Source: an uncultured Verrucomicrobiae bacterium (GTDB taxonomy: Bacteria; Verrucomicrobiota; Verrucomicrobiia; Chthoniobacterales; Chthoniobacteraceae). From it: a stretch of DNA of 64,000 nt. A program made the position numbers and the translations under genes. Location: positions 256,001 to 320,000 of the forward strand of contig CAVYKI010000003.1 in assembly GCA_963769025.1 (NCBI GenBank), given 5' to 3'. Positions 14,616-25,662 of this stretch are shown here, piece after piece (the stretch's first letter is position 1; each line of letters opens with the position of its first letter). A model generated the notes under the pieces. It saw only the letters and a program-made list of their open reading frames with translations. It was not told where the DNA came from and searched no databases.

Positions 14616-14650
14616 AAAGGGCGGGTCTGCGAAAGCGGGCCCGCCCTTTT
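14616..14650 (+). terminator. Rho-independent terminator after rplQ
   Basis: aaagggcgggtctgc-gaaa-gcgggcccgccc-tttt hairpin plus T-run. Confidence 0.85.
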
Positions 14651-14666
14651 CATGCGGTAGCGGATT

Positions 14667-14792
14667 TTTTGAAACGCAGAGACGCGGAGACGCAGAGGTT
14701 TTCGGAGTTGTTGCGAGCGTCCTGAGGTTTCAATGGGCGCGCAACGTCAGTCCGCTCTCTTCTCTGCGTCTCCGCGTCTCTGCGTTTCAAAA
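14667..14792. repeat. Perfect 31-bp inverted repeat with 64-bp spacer (REP/MITE-like)
   Basis: ttttgaaacgcagagacgcggagacgcagag (14667-14697) pairs with 14762-14792. Confidence 0.85.
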
Positions 14793-14836
14793 TTGCATCC
14801 TTTGCAACTGCGCCGAGCCGGGTATGCAGGGCGCGA

Positions 14837-16019
14837 ATGAATTCCGGCTTCCTCGACAAACTCCTCGAACGCCTCGGCCGCGTCCGCCCCGAGGAGATCC
14901 GCGACTACGTCGTGCGGCTCGCCGACGAAAAGGGATTCTTCGAGACGATTTTCGACGCGCTGCACGAGGGAGTCATCGTCACCGACCCGACGGGCGCCAT
15001 CACTTATCTCAACCGTACCGCGTGCGGGTTTTTCGGCATCGAACGCGACGCCGCGATGGGGCGTCCGCTCGCCGAGCAGCTCCGCGGCCTCGACTGGAAC
15101 GCCATCGCCGCCTCGGAAAAATCCGTGTCGCGCGACATGGAGGTCTTCTATCCGCAGAACCGCTTCCTCAATTTCTACGTCGCGCCTCTGCGGGTGGAAA
15201 AGGCGCCTGCGAAAAAGGGCGGAACCGCCGAGCAGGAACTGATCGGCTACGCCGTCATCCTGCGCGACATCACCGAGAGCCGGAAGAGCACCGAGGAGAC
15301 GATTCAAAGCGAACGCCTCAACGCGCTCACGATGCTCGCCGCCGGGGTCGCGCACGAAATCGGAAACCCGCTCAACTCGCTGAACATCCAGCTCCAGCTC
15401 CTCGCGCGCCGCATGCGAAAACTGCCGGACAGCCAGCGCAAGGATCTCCTGAAAAGCGTGGACGTGGCGAAGGAGGAAATCTCGCGGCTCGACACGATCA
15501 TCCGCCAGTTCCTCGGCGCCATCCGCCCTGCGCGGCTCGAACGCCGCCTCGAAAACGTCAACCATCTCGTCCAGGAAAGCGTCCGCTTTCTCGATGCCGA
15601 GACCACGGACCGCAACATCATCGTCGAGACCGAACTGCGCGCCGATCTTCCGCTGCTCGAACTCGACCGCACCCAGATCAAGCAGGCGTTCTTCAACGTG
15701 ATCCGGAACGCCTTCCAGGCGATGAAAAGCGGCGGCATCCTGCGCATCCGCACGGACATGGACGACCGCTTCGTGAGCATCACCTTCGCCGACACCGGCG
15801 GCGGAATCCCCGAGGCGGAGATGAGCAAAATCTTCGAGCCCTACTTCACCACCAAGGCCGCCGGCAGCGGCCTCGGCCTGCTCATCGTCCGCCGCATCGT
15901 CCGCGAGCACGGCGGGCGAGATCGAGCTCATGAACGACTCCGGCAAAGGCCTCGCCCTCACGATGAAGCTCCCCATCGGCGACCAGCGCCTGCGGATGCT
16001 GCCCGCGCCGGCGGCGTAG
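14837..16019 (+). CDS. PAS-domain sensor histidine kinase (NtrB-like; frameshift near 15915)
   Basis: PAS region, AHEIGNPL H-box, NAFQAM N-box, DTGGGI, FEPYFTTK and GSGLGL. Confidence 0.9.
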
Positions 16020-16236
16020 GGCCGTCCGACGCCCACCGTCTCCCGGATTCCGGATGCCGCGACCATGCCACACGTGCCGCGTCCCGGTGCGGTGCGCCCG
16101 CTTTCCCGACCGAAGTTCCGATCCAATTTTCCGTTGACATTGCTTCCGCACGCCTGCTAGTCGCGCCGCCGCTGGTCATAACTTTTGTCTTTGGTCATGA
16201 ATCTTACCCCCCCCCGAACATTCCCGCTCATCGCGC

Positions 16237-19200
16237 GTGTCGCATTCCCGTCGCTGGCTTCGCGCCTGCCGAGTCTTCGCCATCTTTCTCTTCCTCTGCG
16301 CGCTTTGCTCGCGGGCGGACACGGAGGTTTTTGAGATTCGTACTTCAGCACCGTTTTTCGGGCGGACGCTTACTCAGACCGAGAACGTGGACAACACGAG
16401 CTGGCAGGTAGGGACGCTCGCATTTTCCCAGAGCTGGAATGGCCAGGCTGGCGTGTGGGACGGCTACGCGACGCTGCCCGGCATTGAATTCGACCTGAAT
16501 GCATACAACCACTTTACCTTCTCCCTGTCCGACTCGGACCTGCGCTGCGCGATAGGCCCCCTTGCCATTCAGGAGGCGCGGAACTCGGATCATGTCCTCT
16601 GGCTGGATTTCAAGCCGCAGTTTACCGGCCCCGCAACGTGGAGCTTCATGGTCCACGCCGATCTCGTCGGTCACGCACTCGGAGTCGCGCAGCCGGTGGA
16701 GGGCGGAGGCCCGCCCGTGGTTTCTCCCCTGTCTCTTGGCAGCGACTGGTTCTCGGCCTATCGGCTGGAAGGCGGCGGTTCGCCATTTTACGGGGTGCGC
16801 GCCTCGGCCCCCGTGGATCCCGCGAAGCCGTTCTGGGTCGTGGATTTCACCACCGGGCTGCGCGCCCCGGCCGGCGCGACGTATCTCCGGGAGGGGTGGC
16901 TGCCCGACACGGCCTCGTATCCGCTGGTGTCGGTTTCCATCCATCTCGACGCGAACTCCGCCGGCGATCGCTTCACGCTGCACTGGCAGTCGCCCGGACA
17001 GCCGGAGATGGTCCAGTCGCTGCTCGCCGCTCCGGGGGACACCGGCTGGCAGCAGATGGGCAATTGGGCCTGGGAGGATCTGGGCGGCACCGTCTCCGTG
17101 ACGGGGAGCGTCGCCCTCGGGGCAAACTATTGGCTGACACGCGACTCGGACGGCTGGACCTACGACTTCGGGATGCTGGATCCGTTTGCCCAGCGGCCCG
17201 ATCCGCTCCGGTGGTCGTTGCGCGGCATGGCCGCCCCGCCCGTGCAGTGGCAGACGGTGACGTTCCATATCGCCACCGGCTACGGATGGTCCGCGGGCGT
17301 GGTTCAGCCCGGCGGCATGAGATCGCTCAGCCCCACGTACAGCGGCACGTTCACACTGCCGGATGCCGACGAGTGGGGCAATCCGCACGACTTCTACTAC
17401 GAGGAATGGACGGCGCAGATCGACCCGCGCGAACCGTACTGGCTGTCGGTCTCGGGCACGCAACTCAGCTACGGCGACACCTGGTTTTTCAATGGCTGGA
17501 CGGCGATGGGCGGCGCACCGAGGGACATGCAGTCGGTCACCTTCGGCATCGAGAGCGGATTCCGGTGGATCAGCCCCTATGTGAGTCAGAGTTCCGGATC
17601 CCAAAATCTCACGCTCTCCGGGGAGGGATATCAAATCCAGGACTTCACCGCCGACGGCACACCGAATGATTTCCACTACGACCTGTGGAATGCCACGGTG
17701 GATGTGAACCGCCCCTACTTCCTCACCGTCAATGGCACCACGCTCGATGCCAACCAGACATGGTTCACCAACGGCTGGCAGTGGCAGGGCGGCAGTCCGG
17801 CACCGCAAAACTGGCAGACGCTGTATTTCACCATCGCGAGCGGCTGCGGCTGGTGGGGTTCCTACGTCACCCAGGGGAACAACTCCTGGGCGCTGAACTA
17901 TTCGGGCACCGGCGGCTACATCGAGGACTACTGGAATGACGGCAGCGGCACCCCGAATTTTTTCTACTACGATGTTTTTTCCGCGAATGTGAACCTGAAC
18001 CTCCCCTTCACGCTCACCGTCAACGGCCAGCAACTCGCACCCGGCGACACGACCTTTTACAATGGCTGGACGTGGCAGGGCGGGCAAAGGACCACCACCT
18101 TCACGCTCAATCTCACGGTGCCATCCGAGCGCGCCAGCCACGATTTCACCCTCACCGCACCGGACGGTGCCTCGGTCACGTGGACGCCCAATGGCTGGAC
18201 GAGCTGGCAGTGGATTTCCCTCTACGATCCGTGGAGGCTTCATTCGTGGGGAATGTGGGGCTCGCTCAGCAACATCTCGCAGACGCTCGACTGGAATGGC
18301 TCCGCCGGCTCTGGACGCTCACGGATACGGTGACGGGGGAAAATGTGCAGTTCGACCCCTCCGGCGCTGCGAGCCATGCGCTGGACCTCAGCCAGTGGTG
18401 GCTCCCGGCCACGCCCATCCAGTTCCAGGTATCCCTCTCCCGCTGGGGCCACGATCTCCGTCTCCGGCAAAAGGACGGCGGCGAATACTTCCTCACGCCC
18501 GGCAGCAGCCAGGGCGGGCTCGTGCAGACTCCCGACGGCTCGTGGGTGGAGAGCTACTACTATTTCGATGCCACCGGCTACCGCCGCGACATGCCCGGAG
18601 TCGACTGGTGGATTTACGACGCCACCACCGCCGAATACGCCCCCGCGAACACCTCGGACCTCACCGGCTGGTGCTGCACGCCAAGCCCGTGAACCTCGCG
18701 GCTGTGCAAAACGGGCTCGGCAGCGTGGACATCACCTGGGATTTGCTCCCGGCTGCGGCTCGGAACTTCTCGCGGGCTCCTTCACCATCACGCGCACTGA
18801 TGGCGGGCTGACCTATTCCACCGCCGCGACCGCGTTTCTCCGGGAAGATGGGAGCTTCGCGTTTCACTACACCGACGCCAGCCTGCAACCCGGCACCTAC
18901 ACCTATCACATCCGCTACTCGTACGGCTCGCAGACCGGCGAGGCCGCCGTGGTGGACGCCCCGGTGCTCGACGCAGAAGGCTACCTCAAGACCGTGGACA
19001 GCGACGGCGACGGCATCAGCGACTGGGATGAAATCCGCCTGGGCAGCGATCCGAACGACCCGGAGAGCGTGCCGCCGACCGACCCGCAACCAACAGAGCT
19101 GCCACCCCATCCGCCAGAGTGGCGGGCGATCACACGCGCGGTGGGAACGATCTTTCGGGACTATTCAGTAGAATCGGGAGGACCATACGGATTCGCAGGC

Positions 19201-20572
19201 ACTTGGATTCGGGGTGAGGACACCTATTGGTCCCTGCGTTCGCCCCTTGCCTGGACTTCGCTGGGAGCACTTCTGCAACGGAAGTCCCGTTTGATGGGGC
19301 TACTCCGGATTCGGAGAATCCAATTCCTGGGAGCCGGTGGCTACGCCGAGACATGGCCGGACCCTGACGGGCAGTATTACAACGCCCCAGGGTTGACCCA
19401 TCGCCGCGTCTGGCTCGAAGTGCAGCCCGCCGCCACCGAGGCCATCACTCGGCAAATGCTTAAGGTGACCAAGCGAACCATTGACGGCAGGGATCCTGGT
19501 GCTACAAGTGGAACCTGTGACGGTCACCATTCCAGCGGAAGCGACCAAATCCGCGCCAATAGACCTCCTTCCCGCATTCACCACATCCCCGACAGACGGT
19601 ACCCACACGGAGACTGTGAATGTGAGCCTCCTCCCGGTGGACATAACGGTGAGGAAGAAGGGTGAGGCGGTCGATCCGAAAGGAGCCTTGGTCAAGATGT
19701 TTGACACCGCTGAAATTGGGCTGAACCCAGGCTGCTTAGATCAAGACAAGCAGCTTGCGAATTTGATCACATGGGAATATCGCAGACTGTGGGGAGATGG
19801 CACCTTCACTGGGTGGGAAAACTTTGGGACGACCAACGCCAGCAAAGGAACAAAATTTGAATATAAATTCTATTCACCGGGTATCTACCAGATTCGGGCC
19901 AACATTACCTCTACCAATGGGCAACAAATATTTGATTACGTCAGAAAGAATGACGACCCTTTTGGGGCTGATTCCCACGGCACCTATAACAAACTCTACC
20001 GAAGAGGACAGGTGGATTACATTGGCGTCGCAAGGGCAGAACGTGACGCCGCGACTGGAGAAGGTGGCGCGAGCACGGCATTTGAGATTGTGAAGTCCGC
20101 ACGAGGAGCCCTCGATTCGAAGGCATGGGCAGAAGCTCCGGCATATACACTTTCAAACGGTTTTGTCGTACCGCCAGGAGCGTCGAAATGTAATATTTTC
20201 ATTTACGAAATTCTCAACCCATTAAAAGCGGTACCGGTTGACTCTGCAGGTGCTCCGCCGCGGGCGTATGAATGGTGGAAAGTTGATAAGAATATAAACG
20301 GCTGGACATGGCATGGAGGATCATGGTATGCGGAACCAGGAGTTGAAGTGGCCAGATACCAAGGAGGATTTCTGCAATTTAGACTCCCGATATTACCTGG
20401 CCATTGTGGCATTCTCGATTACGATGGCGCTTGGATTAGCGCTGGCTCCGCTAACGTGAATCGCAATCCGCATATTACGGATAAGGGCTTTCACTACTCA
20501 AATAATGGCATGAGCTATAATCAAACCACGCTTCTAGAAATCCACTATCAAACTGCCACGTTCCGTGACTAG
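16237..20572 (+). CDS. Large secreted repeat protein (about 1400 aa when stitched across about 4 frameshifts): W/G-rich repeats, FN3-like domain, TSP3-like Ca-binding motif and C-terminal Cys/His papain-like domain; candidate polymorphic toxin
   Basis: Continuous protein-like sequence across ORFs 16237, 18072, 18062, 18343 and 19481; signal peptide; DSDGDGISDWDEIRLGSDPNDPES; KCNIF...GHCGI. Confidence 0.65.
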
Positions 20573-20580
20573 ATTACAAT

Positions 20581-21189
20581 ATGCAACCAATCCTCCTTCT
20601 CTCAGCCGCATGTGCTATGATTTCTACCGGGCTCGTCCGTGCGGTGCCTCCTGAAACCATCAATTTCCTCTCGAATACAGAGAATAAAGTCTCCGAGGAC
20701 GGAATTCTACCGGACGAGGATCTCGACGTATTACCTTGCGCTCGCTATGTCGTTGCAAACTGGCAATCGGTTTTGACGAGTTTCGCGCAGCTTGCGCCCG
20801 ACACGCGCCGTCAGCGCTTAGTGGTGGTCGCGGCCGAGTTTCTGCCTCCGCGTGACTACGTCTCTTTTGTGAGTGGAATCGCAGACCTCCAAACCACGGG
20901 AAACGCTACGCTGCAAACGATCAAAACCGTCGCGATAGCGAAGATGTTCAAGAACGGGTTCCTAGCGTACAACTTTGACAAGCCAGAGGTCGTTGGTCTT
21001 ATCGCGAAACTTGAAACTATCCTGCAAGCTGGGGAACCGGGGACGTGGACAGCATTCTTCACGGCCATGAAGGCCGGAACGCTTAAACAAGCCATTGTAG
21101 CTGAACGAACACGCGACGGCAACCCCATGCCCGAAGCCCTCGCCGATGGACCCAGTGAAGCATATCGACAGCTAATGGGTAATCAGTGA
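20581..21189 (+). CDS. Secreted hypothetical protein, candidate immunity protein
   Basis: Starts 8 bp after the upstream stop; signal peptide MQPILLLSAACAMISTGLVRA; low GC. Confidence 0.6.
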   Translation: MQPILLLSAACAMISTGLVRAVPPETINFLSNTENKVSEDGILPDEDLDVLPCARYVVANWQSVLTSFAQLAPDTRRQRLVVVAAEFLPPRDYVSFVSGIADLQTTGNATLQTIKTVAIAKMFKNGFLAYNFDKPEVVGLIAKLETILQAGEPGTWTAFFTAMKAGTLKQAIVAERTRDGNPMPEALADGPSEAYRQLMGNQ

Positions 21190-21214
21190 GGTAACGCGGC
21201 TGAATACGAAACTC

Positions 21215-21598
21215 ATGCAACTTCATCGGTTGCCAGCCAGGAGCCGTGCTCTTATTGTGTGCATCGTGTGGCTTTCAACAGCTCTTGCATTTCAAGTATT
21301 CGTGAAGCCGGAAGCGGTAACTGTAACAGATCTGAGTGAGATACAACAGAGAATTCAATGGCTGTTCCTTACGCCGATGATGGCGGCCGCCGGTCTTGCT
21401 GAAGCGCTTGCGTGGCCTAGTGAGTTCACCGTCGGAGGTCTCTTAGTCTCACTTGTGTGCCTCTCCGCACTTTCAATTAACACGCTTATCGTAAGTAGCC
21501 GCAGAGCTTTTGTCGTAATGATCTGTATTAACGCCGTAGTTCTTGCGATCGCCGTTATTTACTTCATCCGATTTTCGCGACTGCCTTCAGCCGGATAA
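21215..21598 (+). CDS. Small multi-TM membrane protein, candidate second immunity/accessory protein
   Basis: 127 aa with 3-4 hydrophobic segments; low GC; co-oriented. Confidence 0.55.
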   Translation: MQLHRLPARSRALIVCIVWLSTALAFQVFVKPEAVTVTDLSEIQQRIQWLFLTPMMAAAGLAEALAWPSEFTVGGLLVSLVCLSALSINTLIVSSRRAFVVMICINAVVLAIAVIYFIRFSRLPSAG

Positions 21599-22146
21599 CG
21601 CAAATTGAAGCGCCCGATGCAACCGCCTTGCCATTCAAGTGTGGCGGCGTCCCGCCGCGGCAACTGCCTGCGCAGCCGCCCGCCGTGCAGGCAGCTGCGC
21701 CGCCGCAGCGAGCCGCCCACTTAACCACCGGCACCCTGCGCCGTCACTCTCCTGCTAGCCGCGCCGCAGACCCCAACCCCCGCCCGCTCCGCCCACCGCG
21801 CGGCTGTCACGCCGGCTGCTTGCGCGAACCGCTGCGCGCGGCACTGGCCCGCCCATCATTCCGCCGGGCCAGTGCCGTGCTCGCTCAGCATACAACAGCG
21901 GTAAGGCAAAGTGCCGGCAGGCCGCTCCGCCGCTTCTCCACGCACCGGCGCCGCGCTCCAAGGGAGTCCTCCGGCGCCCCCGGCACTTTACCTTACCGCG
22001 CGTTGTATGCTGTAGCGCGGCAGCCGTCGCGCCAGCCGCCCCGGAGGTGGAGCATCCGGCATTCACCCGCCCCGACACCACCGCTGCCGTTCATGAAGCA
22101 CAATTGGCTTTTGACGGCGGCATTACATCTGGCCATTCTCCCGGCG

Positions 22147-22773
22147 ATGCCGAAGCCGCTCACATGGGATTCCGATGACCCATCCCTCACCTGGGATGCG
22201 CCGGGGCTCACGTGGGACGGATTCGTGCCTGAAGACAACAACCCCAACCCACAGACTAATACCATGCTGCAAGACCTGATAGACCTGAACCTGAGCGATG
22301 CGGACTGGGCGGAGATTGATGCCGCCCTGACCACATTGGAAACCAAACTCGGCGCGAACCTGCTCGACCTGACGACCGAGCAGCGCATGAGCCTCAACAA
22401 GATGGGCGACCGGAGCGAGCCCTTCTGCCGCCAGTCGCTCATCATCGGCCGGCAGAACGCCGCCGAACTGACCGCGCGCGCCGCCGCCGCGCTGGCCAAG
22501 GCCGAGGGCGACCTGGCCGCCTGCGAAAAGCTGCGCCTGCGCCTGACCCGGCTGACTTCCCTGAACGAGAAGGCCAATGACTCGGAAATGGCGCTCGGCA
22601 GCGACGTGATGGAATACGCGCTCTTCCAATACGGCTTCCTGAGCGCCATCGGCGCCGGGGCCGGGCTGGACGATCTCTACGCCCAGCTCGGGCAGCGTTT
22701 CGCCAAAGGCTCCCCGCAGCCCGCACAGCCCGCACAGCCCGCACCGACGCCCACGCCCACGCCGCCCGCGTAG
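22147..22773 (+). CDS. Conserved hypothetical helical protein with N-terminal LTWD repeats (start could be 22264)
   Basis: High-GC codon usage; IDAALTTLE...KMGDRSEPFCRQ...LGSDVM resembles a widespread uncharacterised family. Confidence 0.65.
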   Translation: MPKPLTWDSDDPSLTWDAPGLTWDGFVPEDNNPNPQTNTMLQDLIDLNLSDADWAEIDAALTTLETKLGANLLDLTTEQRMSLNKMGDRSEPFCRQSLIIGRQNAAELTARAAAALAKAEGDLAACEKLRLRLTRLTSLNEKANDSEMALGSDVMEYALFQYGFLSAIGAGAGLDDLYAQLGQRFAKGSPQPAQPAQPAPTPTPTPPA

Positions 22774-22840
22774 CAAGGCAGCGGGTCGGTTTGCACCACC
22801 AAGGCGCCAAGGTCGGGAGGTGGGAAATCGACATCGCAAC

Positions 22841-22935
22841 GTGTCCCCGAGAGACGAAGGAAATTTGCCGGTGGTGGAGCGAGCGCAGCGAGTGAGAACC
22901 ACCGGATCCCGTCCAACAAAACGATGCATCCCGGC
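22841..22935. repeat. REP/BIME-like palindrome cluster, left part (interrupted by IS110)
   Basis: ccggtggt...accaccgg hairpin unit and half of the catccc-ggca-gggacg palindrome. Confidence 0.6.
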
Positions 22936-22963
22936 AGCAACTGTGAGGTTGAGCAAGGATTTT

Positions 22964-24120
<1,157 letters not shown>

Positions 24121-24186
24121 GGTTTTGCTAACCGTGCAAGCAACTCACTAAAGCCGCCGCGCAATCAACGAATTCCGTCATACAAG

Positions 24187-24315
24187 GGACGGGGGAATTC
24201 CGGACGCGAGGCAGTTCCCCTCGCCCCATCCGGGGCGGATGACGTGTGTTGCATGGATCCGGTGGTGTTCGCTTCGCTCGACCACCGGCTAATTTCCGCG
24301 ACGCCTCCGGCGTCA
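24187..24315. repeat. REP/BIME-like palindrome cluster, right part
   Basis: cgcccc-atcc-ggggcg (24222-24237), ccggtggt...accaccgg (about 24259-24288) and gacgcc-tcc-ggcgtc (24300-24314). Confidence 0.65.
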
Positions 24316-24671
24316 GAAGGTGCATGACACGGTCTAGGCGGAAGGTGTTCCACGGGCGCGTGGAACGCATCGGAGGCGCATTTTTCAGGAAATGCGCAAA
24401 GTGTTGAAAACTCGGGGCTTTAACCTCCATCGTCGGAGGTAGAACTGCCAACGACGGGGGTAAGACTCCCATCGTCGGAGCCCCGGACCGCCGCGCTTGG
24501 GGCTTTGGACGCCGCCGCCGGGCCTCCGACTGTCGTCGCCGGGGGTCGGAGCCTCCGGGATCGGCACATTGAACCTCCGAAGCAGGAGCCTGTGACCCCC
24601 GGCCCTCGGGCAAAAAGCTCCGTCGCCGACATTCCGAACGCCGGCCCCGGAGCCGGGAACGCCGTGGGATC

Positions 24672-25147
24672 TCAGTAGCCCAGCTTCGCGAGCTGCTGGT
24701 CGAGGGCGACCTGGAATTCCTCCACTTCGCCGTCGGGCGGGCGGTAGCCCTGCTCCGGCGGGACCATCCCGAGGCGGCCCTGCTGGTCGAGATACCACGA
24801 GGCCGTCTTGGCGTCGCTGAAGGTCACGCTGCCGCTGACGATCGCACCGGGACGGGCGATCTGATCGACCTGCAGCGAGATTTTCCCCGCTGGCTTCGCG
24901 GCGGCGTCGGCGGCGAGCGGCGAGGGCTCCGCCGGTGCGGGCGCGGGACGCCGGCGGGCTCGGGAGCGGGGGGCGGGGCGGGCGGGTCGTTCGGGACGAG
25001 CTTCAGGTCGTCCATGAGGAAGCGCACGTCCATGTAGGTCAGCCGCAGGTCCCACTCCGCGGCGAGCCGGTCCTGGATGTCGGAAAGCTTCAGGCCGTCG
25101 GCCATCCACGCGGCGACTTTTTGTTTCTGCTCGTCGGTAAGTTGCAT
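24672..25147 (-). CDS. Conserved hypothetical protein (frameshift in the Pro-rich linker)
   Basis: MQLTDEQKQKVAAW...YMDVRFLMDDL joins VDQIARPGAIVSGSVTFSD...WYLDQQGRL. Confidence 0.7.
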
Positions 25148-25206
25148 TCGCGGATCGGGCTGAATCCCGCGCTCACTGGCAAGCGCCGATTTCGATTCGG
25201 CGCGTT

Positions 25207-25662
25207 TTACTCGACCTCTGTCGTCACGTTGCCGCCGGGCTCATGGAGCGCCTGCTCGAATGCGCGCCACGCGAGCATCGCGCATTTCACGCGCTGCGGG
25301 AATTTCCGCACGCCCTTCAGCAGGATCAAATCGCCGAGGCCTTTCACCGCGGGCTCGGTCTCGGAGGTCACGAGCTGATGGAATGCGCGGAGAAACTCCT
25401 CGGCCTCGGCGCGCGGCTTGCCCTTGAGCTTCATCGTCATGAGCGAGGCGGATGCCAGGCTGATGGCGCATCCGCTGCCGGTGAATTTCAGGTCCTCGAC
25501 GCCGCCATCCGGGCGGAATTTCACGTGGAGATCGATCTCGTCGCCGCAGGATGGATTGTCGCCGTGGACGCTCACCGCGCCGGGGAGTTCGCCGTAGTTC
25601 CGCGGGCGCTTGGAGTGGTCGAGGATGACCTGCTGGTAGAGTTCTTCGAGTTCGGTATTCAT
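25207..25662 (-). CDS. sufU: SUF-system Fe-S scaffold/sulfur-transfer protein SufU
   Basis: LYQQVILDH, NPSCGD, GCAIS and RVKCA. Confidence 0.92.
   Translation of the reverse strand: MNTELEELYQQVILDHSKRPRNYGELPGAVSVHGDNPSCGDEIDLHVKFRPDGGVEDLKFTGSGCAISLASASLMTMKLKGKPRAEAEEFLRAFHQLVTSETEPAVKGLGDLILLKGVRKFPQRVKCAMLAWRAFEQALHEPGGNVTTEVE

Noticed and set aside
17244..18090. Diversity-generating retroelement TR/VR pair
   Set aside because: Repeats are diverged at all bases rather than only adenines, and there is no reverse transcriptase in the window
21628..22146. N-terminal extension of the 381-aa ORF
   Set aside because: Low-complexity Arg/Pro/Ala translation from a TTG start; the protein-like sequence begins at 22147 or later
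24415..24665. Possible CRISPR array
   Set aside because: Units are degenerate and contiguous with no repeat-spacer alternation, and no cas genes are present
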